From the NCBI GenBank assembly GCA_016935525.1, contig JAFGQU010000016.1:32342-96341 (forward strand): a stretch of 64,000 nt of DNA. The letters are read 5' to 3'. A model generated the notes under the pieces. The model ran no database searches and was not told where the DNA came from. It saw only the letters and a program-made list of their open reading frames with translations. A program made the position numbers and the translations under genes. The first letter of the stretch is position 1; every line of letters starts with the position of its first letter. The stretch is from Candidatus Omnitrophota bacterium. GTDB lineage: Bacteria > Omnitrophota > Gorgyraeia > Duberdicusellales > 4484-171. Shown here in pieces: positions 24,189 to 35,790 of this stretch.

Positions 24189-25691
24189 ATGGGGTTTGAA
24201 TTAAGACGTACGCGGATGGTTTTGTGGGTATCGATGATCGGGTTGGTACTGGGAGGTATTTTTTGCCTGCCCGGGTATACTCAATTAGTGAAACCTCATG
24301 AATTTGCCGGCACGTTTTATCCTCAAAATAAAAACGATCTCACCCGGTATATTCAGTCGGTGCTCACCGAAGCGGCGGATGTCGCGTCAAAGGTGCCCGA
24401 GCATATTTTCGGGATCATCGTCCCGCATGCCGGTTACGTGTATTCCGCTCCCGTAGCGGCGGTCTCTTATAACGCGATCAAAGGTATGGATATTGATACG
24501 GTGATCCTTCTGGGCGCGTCTCACCGGTACCCTTACCGCGGTATTGCCGTCTGGCCGCAAGGCCGGTTCACGACGCCATTAGGATCTCTAGATGTTGACG
24601 AGAAGGTTGCCGAAGAATTTATGGAATTGAAATTCGTAGAGCCTCAGACCCGTTATTTCTATGATGAACATAGCCTGGAAGTACAACTTCCTTTTTTACA
24701 GACGATATTGCCGGGAGCAAAAATCGTCCCGCTTTTGTTCGGCGAGGTCACTTATGACCAGTTAGAGATGTGTGCCCGTACGCTCGCTGAGGTAGCTCGT
24801 ACCAAAAAAATACTGGTCGTGGTTTCTACCGACCTGTCGCATTACCATGAGTATAAAGAGGCCTGCAGTATCGACGCGCGGACGGTGGATTATGTTTCGC
24901 ATCAGGATTTTTTCAATCTCTGGACGAGCGTGCAGTTGGGAGAACAACGGGCTTGCGGGATAAAACCTCTCATCGCTTTTTTGATGTATACCGACCGTAT
25001 CGGGGGTGAGGTGAACATATTGAAATACGCGAATTCGGGGGATACTGCCGGTGATAAAACTAAAGTCGTAGGGTATATGAGTGCTGTTGCTTTTAAAGAA
25101 GAGAATGCCAATAAAAAGGAGACATTGATGGACCATCCCACATTGACCGATTCCGATAAAAAAGTATTATTACATATTGCCCGGTTGACTCTGGAGAATT
25201 ATCTGCGTGATCAACCGGTCCCGGAATTTGAACAAGGTTCGCCGATATTGTATGAAAAACGAGGCGCGTTCGTGACGTTGAAAGAACACGGCCAGTTACG
25301 CGGCTGTATCGGCCGGATAGTCGCCGATACGCCTCTTTATAAGGTGATCTCCGATTTTGCGATAAATGCCGCGGTCCATGACATGCGGTTTAAACCGGTC
25401 GAATATAAAGAGTTAAAGGATATCGAAATAGAGATATCGGTGTTGACTCCGTTTGAACGGGTCCAGTCGCTCGATGAGATCGAAGTCGGTACTCACGGGT
25501 TGATGATCCAGAAAGGGCCTTATTCCGGCTTGCTTCTTCCCCAGGTGCCTCTTGAATATCATTGGGACCGGGATACCTTTTTGGAACATCTCTGTTATAA
25601 GGCGGGGCTCCCTTCAGGTGCCTATAAAGATAAAGACGCGGTGATCTATAGATTTTCCGCTTCGGTCTTTTCCGAAAAAGAATTCAAGTAA
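24189..25691 (+). CDS. AmmeMemoRadiSam system protein B (MEMO1-like) fused to protein A (AMMECR1 domain), with N-terminal signal/TM segment
   Basis: N-half GTFYPQ ... IVPHAGYVYS ... LGASH (Memo family); C-half GAFVTLKEHGQLRGCIGRIV (AMMECR1 GCIG motif). Confidence 0.75.
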   Translation: MGFELRRTRMVLWVSMIGLVLGGIFCLPGYTQLVKPHEFAGTFYPQNKNDLTRYIQSVLTEAADVASKVPEHIFGIIVPHAGYVYSAPVAAVSYNAIKGMDIDTVILLGASHRYPYRGIAVWPQGRFTTPLGSLDVDEKVAEEFMELKFVEPQTRYFYDEHSLEVQLPFLQTILPGAKIVPLLFGEVTYDQLEMCARTLAEVARTKKILVVVSTDLSHYHEYKEACSIDARTVDYVSHQDFFNLWTSVQLGEQRACGIKPLIAFLMYTDRIGGEVNILKYANSGDTAGDKTKVVGYMSAVAFKEENANKKETLMDHPTLTDSDKKVLLHIARLTLENYLRDQPVPEFEQGSPILYEKRGAFVTLKEHGQLRGCIGRIVADTPLYKVISDFAINAAVHDMRFKPVEYKELKDIEIEISVLTPFERVQSLDEIEVGTHGLMIQKGPYSGLLLPQVPLEYHWDRDTFLEHLCYKAGLPSGAYKDKDAVIYRFSASVFSEKEFK

Positions 25692-25695
25692 TCTC

Positions 25696-26424
25696 ATGTC
25701 ACGGGTGCGTATTTTTCAAGCCTTACCGGCGATAGAGGATACTCTGCGGATCAGGGATATCGAGATCGTCCGGAAGATAAAGACCGTGTTACGGATGGAA
25801 CCGGGAGAGATCCTTTTCGTGTTTGACGGGGAAGGAAAAGAGTTCTCTTATACGGTCGAGACGATAAGTAAAAAAGAGCTCGTGTTACAAAAAAAAGGAT
25901 TGGTACGCCAGGAAAAAATACAACCGTTTTTGCTCGTCCTTGCCGTTCCGCTTCTGCGTGATGTAAAAATGGAATTTATCCTGCAGAAAACCTGCGAATT
26001 GGGAGTGACCCGTATTATCCCTTATATTTCTGCCCGCGGCACGGTACGCAAGGCGCCTTCGGCGGCAAAGAGCGCGCGGTGGATGAAAATAGTCACCGAA
26101 GCTGCCCGGCAATCGGAACGGCTCTGGATACCAAAGGTGGATCCCATACGTTCGGTAGAAGAAGTCGCGATAGAGCCGGCTGAACTGAAAATAGTCGCGC
26201 ATCAAACCGGAGATACGCGTGTCGGCTTGGTTCAGGAGAAAAAGCCGAACACGGCGCTGGTGATCGTCGGCCCGGAAGGAGATTTTTCCGAACACGAGTT
26301 GCAATTGTTTAAAGAGAACCGGTTCCATCCGCTATCTCTTTCTCAACAAATATTACGTACCGAGACCGCGGCAATATTCGCGGTGGGACTGATACGCTAC
26401 CTTGAGACAGCGTATAGCGGTTAG
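25696..26424 (+). CDS. rsmE: 16S rRNA (uracil1498-N3)-methyltransferase
   Basis: 242 aa; RsmE architecture with PUA-like N-terminus and SPOUT C-terminus (VIVGPEGDFSEHE). Confidence 0.75.
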   Translation: MSRVRIFQALPAIEDTLRIRDIEIVRKIKTVLRMEPGEILFVFDGEGKEFSYTVETISKKELVLQKKGLVRQEKIQPFLLVLAVPLLRDVKMEFILQKTCELGVTRIIPYISARGTVRKAPSAAKSARWMKIVTEAARQSERLWIPKVDPIRSVEEVAIEPAELKIVAHQTGDTRVGLVQEKKPNTALVIVGPEGDFSEHELQLFKENRFHPLSLSQQILRTETAAIFAVGLIRYLETAYSG

Positions 26425-26606
26425 CGGTGAGAGGATAGAGTGAAGAGAATTAGCAATGTCCAATTAGCAATTATCAGTTAGCAATGAGAGAAAGAATAGG
26501 GAGAGAAACTCCGGATTTTAAATTGCTAATTGCTAAATGCTAATTTTGCATTGATCATTTATATTAAACGTGTGATCGGCTTGTTTTCACCTGCGCGGCG
26601 GAGGTA

Positions 26607-27884
26607 ATGAAGAATATGATGAGAGAGAATAAGGCAAAATTGAAGGTAAAGTTTGTGACGCTCGGGTGTAAAGTGAACCAGTATGAGACTCAAGTGTTAC
26701 GGGAGGATTGCGCGCGTCACGGGATGGATGTGACCGAAGAGGCCGCCGATATCTATGTGATCAATACCTGTAGCGTTACCCATCGTGCCGATCGTAAGTC
26801 GCGGGATGCGATTGTACAGGCCCGGCGGGAAAATCCGAACAGTAAGATCGCCGCGGTCGGATGTCTGGCCGAACTGAACCGGGATATGCTCAAACGATTG
26901 GATGTTGAGTATATCCTCGGCCAACATGAAAAATATTCGTTAGGTAACGTGTTGGCCGGAGGCGAGATAAGCGAGATGTCGCCCTGGTCGTTTTCGGTAA
27001 CCTCAAGTGGTAATCACCGGGCGTTTGTAAAGGTCCAGGACGGGTGTGATAATCTTTGTTCGTTCTGTAAAATACCTCATTTGCGCGGCCGGTCACGAAG
27101 CCGGCCGATAGATGATATCATCGCCGAGATCGAACGGATAGAAGAGGATCATCACGAGATCGTTCTCTGCGGAGTCAATCTCAGCCTTTACGGGAAAGAT
27201 CTCTCGCCGGCACAGGACCTGTCGGGTCTGGTCGCTTGTTGTCTGGAAAGAAAGAGGCTCGGCCGGTTGAGGATAAGTTCTCTGGAATCGTTATACCTGG
27301 ATGAATCGTTATTACGGGTTTTGATTCACCCGCGGTTTTGTCCGCATCTTCATCTTTGTTTTCAAAGCGGCGATGACCGGGTCTTACGCGCGATGAATAA
27401 AAAGGAAACAGTTTCCCAGTACCGCGATCTTATCGCTCGAGCGAGAAAAGTAAACCCTGATGTAGCGATCAGCGGCGATATTATCGTAGGCTTTCCCGAA
27501 GAAGACGAAAAAAGTTTTAAAAATACTTTTGATTTCCTTAAGGAGATCAAACCCATGCGGCTGCATATATTTCGTTTCTCGCCGCGGGAAAAAACCGTCT
27601 TTGCCGGAATGCGTCCGGGTAACGGGAAAAAGATAAAAATCCGGTATACGGTATTAAAGGCCGCAGCCCAGAGGTGGTCTTTAGAATATAGCCGCCGGTT
27701 CGAAAACCGTCGGGTAGATGTTATTACCGAAGGGAAAAACGGCGACTATTTTTACGGGTATTCTCAGCATTATGTGCGGGTGCATTTTACCGGTGATGCC
27801 CGGTTAGGTGAAATTACCAAAGTAAAAGTTACCCAGATAAATCAGAAAGGCGTATTCGGGGAATCAATTAAGGAAAAATCCTAA
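26607..27884 (+). CDS. mtaB: Radical-SAM methylthiotransferase, MtaB-like (MiaB/RimO family)
   Basis: MTTase N-domain TLGCKVNQYETQ; radical SAM motif CDNLCSFCKIP; C-terminal TRAM-like domain. Confidence 0.8.
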   Translation: MKNMMRENKAKLKVKFVTLGCKVNQYETQVLREDCARHGMDVTEEAADIYVINTCSVTHRADRKSRDAIVQARRENPNSKIAAVGCLAELNRDMLKRLDVEYILGQHEKYSLGNVLAGGEISEMSPWSFSVTSSGNHRAFVKVQDGCDNLCSFCKIPHLRGRSRSRPIDDIIAEIERIEEDHHEIVLCGVNLSLYGKDLSPAQDLSGLVACCLERKRLGRLRISSLESLYLDESLLRVLIHPRFCPHLHLCFQSGDDRVLRAMNKKETVSQYRDLIARARKVNPDVAISGDIIVGFPEEDEKSFKNTFDFLKEIKPMRLHIFRFSPREKTVFAGMRPGNGKKIKIRYTVLKAAAQRWSLEYSRRFENRRVDVITEGKNGDYFYGYSQHYVRVHFTGDARLGEITKVKVTQINQKGVFGESIKEKS

Positions 27885-27996
27885 ACTCTAAGCACTAAAT
27901 TCTAAACAAATCCAAAGCTCTAAATTCAAAACAGGTATTCGTTCTCAAAATTAGGATTTAGGATTTGTTTTGGATTTAGAATTTAGGGTTTTTAAT

Positions 27997-28027
27997 CGTG
28001 TGACGTGTGACTATGTGTCGTGTGACT
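27997..28027 (+). promoter_or_regulatory. TGTGAC octamer tandem array immediately upstream of rluB
   Basis: cgtgtgacgtgtgactatgtgtcgtgtgac ends 5 nt before the ATG at 28033; no SD. Confidence 0.55.
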
Positions 28028-28032
28028 TGAAT

Positions 28033-28731
28033 ATGCGTTTAAACAAGTATATTGCCCAAAGCGGAGTGTGTTCCCGGCGGCACGCTGATGAACTTATCGG
28101 CGAAGGCCGGGTGAAAGTGAACGGTGAAGTCGTCCGTACGCCGGGGATACAGGTGGTTCCCGGTGATCAGGTGAGCGTGGACCATCAGCCGTTACGGGCT
28201 TCCGAGCTGGTGTATGTGATTATGAATAAACCGGCAGGCGTGACTTCCACGGTAGAGGATCCTTTTGCCCAAAAAAAGATCGTGGATATGGTCCCGTCCC
28301 GACTGGGGAGGCTTTATCCGGTCGGCCGGCTCGATAAAGATTCACGCGGCCTGATCATTTTGACCAACGATGGCGATTTATGCCAGAAGTTGACTCATCC
28401 CCGGTTTGAGATAGAGAAAGAATATGTGGTGTTAGCCGATGGCCGAGTCCCGCAAAGCGCGTGTCTACGGTTCAAACGGGGAATAAAAGACCAGGGAGAA
28501 TTATTGAAAGTGACTTCGGTGAGGATACAGGGATACCGGGGAGATCAAACCGTATTACAGGTGATCGTGAAAGAAGGGAAAAAAAGGCATCTGCGCCGGC
28601 TGTTCGCTTATGTGGGCTATCCTGTCCGCGATTTGAAAAGGGTACGTATCGGGAATATCCGGCTGGGTAATCTGGCTGAAGGGGAATTCAAAATAGTCGA
28701 CAAAAAAATAATATACGGGCTTATCCGGTAA
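28033..28731 (+). CDS. rluB: rRNA pseudouridine synthase, RsuA/RluB family (S4 domain plus PseudoU_synth_2)
   Basis: MRLNKYIAQSGVCSRRHADELIGEGRVKVNG (S4 domain); GRLDKDSRGLIILTNDG catalytic Asp motif; start moved from the ORF-track TTG at 27970. Confidence 0.8.
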   Translation: MRLNKYIAQSGVCSRRHADELIGEGRVKVNGEVVRTPGIQVVPGDQVSVDHQPLRASELVYVIMNKPAGVTSTVEDPFAQKKIVDMVPSRLGRLYPVGRLDKDSRGLIILTNDGDLCQKLTHPRFEIEKEYVVLADGRVPQSACLRFKRGIKDQGELLKVTSVRIQGYRGDQTVLQVIVKEGKKRHLRRLFAYVGYPVRDLKRVRIGNIRLGNLAEGEFKIVDKKIIYGLIR

Positions 28732-28786
28732 GGGAAAAGGCATTGCAATATCGTTAAGGAGATGGTAGGCTAATAACTTATATAAT

Positions 28787-29338
28787 ATGAATATAGTGTT
28801 TCTTGACCGTGACGGTGTGATCAATAAATTTCCCGGGAAAGGCCAATATGTGACCTCTCCAGGCGGATTTTCGTTTTTACCCGGCAGTATCGAAGCGATA
28901 AAAAAACTGAACGATAACGATTTTAAGGTGTATGTCGTTTCTAATCAGGCCGGAGTAGCCAAAGGATTGTATTCGCAAAAAGATCTTGATGCGATCGACC
29001 GTAAAATGACCGAAGGCCTGAAGAAGAAAAAAGCTCATGTTGACGGGATCTATTATTGTACCCATTCATCGGATGAGAAATGTTCCTGCCGTAAGCCCGC
29101 AACCGGGCTTCTCCAAAAAGCTATGGAAGGATATAAAGGGAACTCAGGTTGCGTTTTCTTTATCGGCGATTCGATGGTAGATATCGAAACGGCAAAAAAC
29201 CAGAATATCAATTCGATACTGGTGCTTTCCGGAAGAGTAAAATTGAGCGAACAGGATACCTGGCGGATGAGGCCCGATTACGTATTTGATAACCTGCTGC
29301 TCGCGGCGTATTATCTCTGTAATCATTATGGAAAATAA
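28787..29338 (+). CDS. gmhB: D-glycero-D-manno-heptose 1,7-bisphosphate phosphatase (HAD family)
   Basis: FLDRDGVIN HAD motif I; CxC ... C zinc site CTHSSDEKCSCRKP typical of GmhB. Confidence 0.7.
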   Translation: MNIVFLDRDGVINKFPGKGQYVTSPGGFSFLPGSIEAIKKLNDNDFKVYVVSNQAGVAKGLYSQKDLDAIDRKMTEGLKKKKAHVDGIYYCTHSSDEKCSCRKPATGLLQKAMEGYKGNSGCVFFIGDSMVDIETAKNQNINSILVLSGRVKLSEQDTWRMRPDYVFDNLLLAAYYLCNHYGK

Positions 29339-30398
29339 GATCCTTATCGTGCATGCCAGTTGCGGCCGGGGACATGAACATGCCGCAAAAGCTCTGGCTG
29401 AAGAATTCGGGTGTGATTGTCATGATATCCTGGATTTCGCGCCCGGTATATTTAAAATGGTATATTGCCGGGGGTACCGGTTCCTGGTCAAACATTGCCA
29501 TTGGGTATGGATACTTATATTTGAAATAAGCAAATGCGATCTTCTTAACCGGGTTACCCATTTTTTCAATACACTTATTTTTCGTAAATTCCTCGCCTAT
29601 GTGCGCCGGGAGAAGCCGGCGATCGTGATTTCGACCCATTTTTTCAGTTCTTCGCTTATTTCGGATATAAAAGATGAGATTGCCTGTAAGAATGTGGTGT
29701 TGGTCACCGATCTCGGAGTCCATCCGGTCTGGGTCAATAGGAACGTAGACCAGTATTATGTGGGGCTTGAGTGCACCGCAGAGGATCTCCTCGCCCAGGG
29801 TATCCCTCCGGAGAAGATCAAAGTGACCGGATTGCCGTTACGCGAAGGTTTTTACGCCGAGAGTGTCGAAAAAGACATCTATGAGATATTGGATCTCACT
29901 CGCGATAAACCGTGCATACTTTTTTTAGCGACTGATTTAAGAAGAATGACGTATTTGCCGGGAGTTTTAAAAAAACTTGATCCGGATTTCCATCTGGTAG
30001 TGAGTTACGGCGGTAATCTTAAATTAAAAGAAAGACTTGAGCAGTTGAACCTTGCCAATCTGAAATTATTTTCTTTTTCCGACTGTATCTGGGTATTGAT
30101 GCGCGGAGCCGAGATGATCGTGACTAAACCCGGAGGGCTTACCGTTTTTGAATCTTTTCAGTTGCGTAAACCGCTTGTATTCACTCATTTTATCTGGGGA
30201 CAGGAGAGAAGTAATATGGATGTCGCTTGTGCCCGGGGTGTAGGGTTTTATGCGCGATGCGCGCATGAGCTCATTGAGAAAGTGTATTTTGTCCATAATA
30301 ACCTTACCGCCATCACTCAGAAGATGTTCCCGGTGAGCAATGCCCGCAGCCTTATAAGAGAATATACGGATCAGTTATTCTCCTCGACCACTATTTGA
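29328..30398 (+). CDS. GT28-family glycosyltransferase, MGDG-synthase/UgtP-like
   Basis: MENKILIVHASCGRGHEHAAKALAEE N-terminal MGDG_synth motif; C-terminal GT-B domain; start moved to the ATG at 29328. Confidence 0.55.
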   Translation: MENKILIVHASCGRGHEHAAKALAEEFGCDCHDILDFAPGIFKMVYCRGYRFLVKHCHWVWILIFEISKCDLLNRVTHFFNTLIFRKFLAYVRREKPAIVISTHFFSSSLISDIKDEIACKNVVLVTDLGVHPVWVNRNVDQYYVGLECTAEDLLAQGIPPEKIKVTGLPLREGFYAESVEKDIYEILDLTRDKPCILFLATDLRRMTYLPGVLKKLDPDFHLVVSYGGNLKLKERLEQLNLANLKLFSFSDCIWVLMRGAEMIVTKPGGLTVFESFQLRKPLVFTHFIWGQERSNMDVACARGVGFYARCAHELIEKVYFVHNNLTAITQKMFPVSNARSLIREYTDQLFSSTTI

Positions 30399-30515
30399 GA
30401 GAGCTCTGAAAAAGTCTAAAAACCTGTGGAATTTCCTGATTACAGTGGCCGAAAAGACGAAAGTTTTTAATCTCCGGAATCATCCTTTAATCACTGTAAT
30501 CAGACGCTGGAAAAG

Positions 30516-32354
30516 ATGAAATATTCTGTCGCCCGTGTCGTGTTTAATCTTGGGGTGGATAAAGCGTTCGATTATCGTATCGGCTCCGGCCAGCATATCT
30601 TACCCGGTATGCGCGTATGGGTAGAGCTGAACGGCCGCGGGCGTATGGGAGTCGTGACTAAACTTCTCGGCCGTACTCAGCGCCGGGGGTTAAACCCGGT
30701 CCTGGAAATATTGGATGCCGCCCCTACCCTTTCTGAAGCTCAACTTGATTTTGCCTGCTATCTCACTCGTTATTATCCTTATCCTCTGGGAGAATTCTTA
30801 TTTATGATGATCCCGCGTAAATTAAAAGTCAGGAAAACCCGGTTTGAACCGCAAGAGACAATGATACACGCTTGTGTTCCGCGAAAAGGAGAAAACCGTT
30901 CACGGGTCACCTATATCCAGGCCGGTTTGTTAAAAGAGCGTATTGAAGCTTACCGCCGGTATATCCGGGAAGCTCTGAAAGAAGGGTCGGTGATCCTCAC
31001 GGTGCCGTTGGTGGCGACTCTTAAATATCTGCGCAAAGAGCTTGCGGGCGAGTTCAAAGATATGGTCGTCCTTTCCAGCTATCAACGCGATAACGAGATG
31101 TATTTTTCCTGGCAACACGCGCATTCTCAAAAAAAACTGATCTTGAGTACCCGGTTGGGACTGTTTCTTTTTCCGGCCGATGTGCGTCTTGTTATTGTGG
31201 AGGATGAAAGTAATAGCCATTACTTTTCTCAGGAGAAACCTTACTATTATTTCATCGATATTGCCCGGTATCTTAAGGAATGCCGGGGTATCGATCTTGT
31301 TGTCGGGTTCGATTATCCTTCATTGGAAACGTATAAATCAATAAAAGAAAAACAGGGCAATCCCGAGATCATCAGGATCCCTTTTGATTTGTGCGCGACG
31401 GAAATCATCTCGACGTTAAGTTTCTTTACTAAAAAGAAAGGGTTCCATTTTAACAATCTGTTTTTAGAATTGGTCCGTAAAAACCTCGATGAGCAGAAAC
31501 GGGTGCTTATCCTTTATAACCGGCGGGGATATGCGACGTTACTCAAATGTTCACAATGCGGCCATGTATACCGTTGTAAACGTTGTGAAAGCGTGCTGAA
31601 ATTTTCGGCCGCGGCCGACGAACAGAAAGGGGTCTGCCCGTTTTGTCATTACCAGGAAGATATCCCGAAAGTGTGTCCTCAATGTAATTCCGGATATATC
31701 CGGACCCTAGGGCTGGGAATAGAACGGTTGGAATCACATCTTAAAAAAGCTTTCCCGCAGCATAAGGTCGGTCTGGTTTCGCCGTCGGTTCCCCGGGATG
31801 CCGAAATCCTGGTAAGTACGTATGGGGTGCTCGACGGGCCCTATTTAGAGGCCAATAGGCCGGACGCGGTGTTTGTCTTGGACAGTGACCATTCTCTTGT
31901 CCGGATCGATTTCGAAGCGACCTTGCAGTTATATATCTATTTGCGCCGGTTGGCTGCGTATACGCGCACGCGGGTGTATATCTTTACGCTCAATAGAGAT
32001 CATTATGTGTGGGAAACATTATCGGATGAGTCCGATGTCTTTTACCTGGCCGAAAGCCGTCTGCGCAACCAGGCTCATTTACCGCCTTATTGTCATTTTG
32101 CCAAGATCTCGTTACGGGGCCGGGATGAGAAGAGGCTTTTCATCGGTGCCAATACAGTATACAATAAACTACATGACAACCCTCAATTAGAAGTGTACGG
32201 CCCGATTACGGATGTGCCGTTTAAACTGAGGGGTTATTTTTATTATTCGGTTATTGTAAAATCCAAACAGAAGGCCCCTTTATATCAGGCGGTCGAGGAG
32301 ATCACGAAACATTCACGAAGTAAAGCAACAAGGATAGCAGTCCAATTACGATGA
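30516..32354 (+). CDS. priA: Primosomal protein N' (PriA) homologue with degenerate ATPase motifs
   Basis: The N-terminal 3'-DNA-binding domain and the helicase-core segments (VIVEDESNSHYF, LILSTRLGLF) align with PriA; Cys-rich zinc-binding insert CSQCGHVYRCKRC ... CPFC ... CPQC present; the Walker A GxGKT is absent. Confidence 0.65.
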   Translation: MKYSVARVVFNLGVDKAFDYRIGSGQHILPGMRVWVELNGRGRMGVVTKLLGRTQRRGLNPVLEILDAAPTLSEAQLDFACYLTRYYPYPLGEFLFMMIPRKLKVRKTRFEPQETMIHACVPRKGENRSRVTYIQAGLLKERIEAYRRYIREALKEGSVILTVPLVATLKYLRKELAGEFKDMVVLSSYQRDNEMYFSWQHAHSQKKLILSTRLGLFLFPADVRLVIVEDESNSHYFSQEKPYYYFIDIARYLKECRGIDLVVGFDYPSLETYKSIKEKQGNPEIIRIPFDLCATEIISTLSFFTKKKGFHFNNLFLELVRKNLDEQKRVLILYNRRGYATLLKCSQCGHVYRCKRCESVLKFSAAADEQKGVCPFCHYQEDIPKVCPQCNSGYIRTLGLGIERLESHLKKAFPQHKVGLVSPSVPRDAEILVSTYGVLDGPYLEANRPDAVFVLDSDHSLVRIDFEATLQLYIYLRRLAAYTRTRVYIFTLNRDHYVWETLSDESDVFYLAESRLRNQAHLPPYCHFAKISLRGRDEKRLFIGANTVYNKLHDNPQLEVYGPITDVPFKLRGYFYYSVIVKSKQKAPLYQAVEEITKHSRSKATRIAVQLR

Positions 32355-33280
32355 GATTCGTTTACTTTGGTACTTCACAATTTGCTGCCGATTTTCTGAA
32401 ATTGCTTTGCGATAAAAACATTATACCGGAATTAGTAGTCAGCACTCCCGATGTCCACTCGGGAAGAGGGCTGAAACTGCAGAGTTCTCCGGTAAAATCG
32501 TGTGCCGCCGAAAAAGAGATACCCTGTATTACCCCTCAAGACCTGTCGGATCCCCGCTGTACCAAGAAGATACAGGATCTAGGAGCCGACCTCTTTGTCG
32601 TGGTCAGTTACGGCAAGCTTATTCCGCACAAGATGCTGTCTTCGGCGGGCAAATTCCCGTTAGGCGTTCATCCTTCTCTGCTTCCCCGCCTACGGGGCGC
32701 GGCTCCTATCCAGTGGTCGTTGATCAACGGCGAAGCAGTGACCGGAGTGACGGTCTTTGTGATCGACGAAAAAATAGACTCAGGCCCTATTTTAGTGCAG
32801 GAAAAACTGGTTATTCATAAAGACGACGACTATTTTTCTTTATGCCGGCGGCTCGTCGCTTTAGGCGTAGAATGTATCGTAGGGGCATTGCGACTGCTTT
32901 CTTCAGAGAAATATGAGCTTATCGAACAGGATAAAGCTCAGAGTACCTATTCCCGTAAATTGAAGAAATCCGACGGTAAGATCAATTGGCGAAAACGCGC
33001 GAAAGATATTGTCAATCTTATCCGCGGCACAAAAGAATGGCCCGGCGCGTATACGTTTCATAAAGGTAAACCGATCAAGATCATTCAGGCTGTAGAGGCT
33101 CAAAGCTGCGAATGCCCGCCGTCACCGGGTATCATCACGGTGAAAGAGGGGATGCTGTATGTACGGGCCGGCGATATCGCGGTCGCGGTCCTTAGGCTTA
33201 AACCGGCCGGGAAAAAAGAGATGCCGGCGGAAAGTTTTCTTAACGGATATAGAGTCAAAACGGGAGACCGTTTTGAATAA
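32351..33280 (+). CDS. fmt: Methionyl-tRNA formyltransferase
   Basis: Formyl_trans_N plus C-terminal domain; HPSLLPRLRGAAPIQWSLING motif. Confidence 0.85.
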   Translation: MRFVYFGTSQFAADFLKLLCDKNIIPELVVSTPDVHSGRGLKLQSSPVKSCAAEKEIPCITPQDLSDPRCTKKIQDLGADLFVVVSYGKLIPHKMLSSAGKFPLGVHPSLLPRLRGAAPIQWSLINGEAVTGVTVFVIDEKIDSGPILVQEKLVIHKDDDYFSLCRRLVALGVECIVGALRLLSSEKYELIEQDKAQSTYSRKLKKSDGKINWRKRAKDIVNLIRGTKEWPGAYTFHKGKPIKIIQAVEAQSCECPPSPGIITVKEGMLYVRAGDIAVAVLRLKPAGKKEMPAESFLNGYRVKTGDRFE

Positions 33281-33284
33281 ATCC

Positions 33285-33435
33285 GAAGCGCGAAAGAGCT
33301 TTAGAAAAATGCAGTCGAAATACGATAGAAATACATGGAAATACAATCGTATTTCACGCAGCATCAGCGGAGTGTATTTCGTGTAGCGTAGCGAAACATA
33401 TTTCGCGAAGTAGAACGAAGCATATTTCAGTAAAG
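33285..33435. repeat. ~150-nt palindromic GAAATAC/GTATTTCG repeat element, copy 2
   Basis: Central gaaatacaatcgtatttc (33339-33356); same arm composition as 9690-9835. Confidence 0.65.
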
Positions 33436-33439
33436 CGAT

Positions 33440-35741
<2,302 letters not shown>

Positions 35742-35790
35742 AGGCAAAGAATAGTTGATTTTTCTTATAAGCCGACTAAAATAGTCTATA

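Noticed and set aside
26607-27884. mtaB as the missing AmmeMemoRadiSam radical-SAM partner
   Set aside because: It carries the MTTase N-domain (TLGCKVNQYE) and a C-terminal TRAM domain, diagnostic of MiaB/MtaB methylthiotransferases, a different radical-SAM family.
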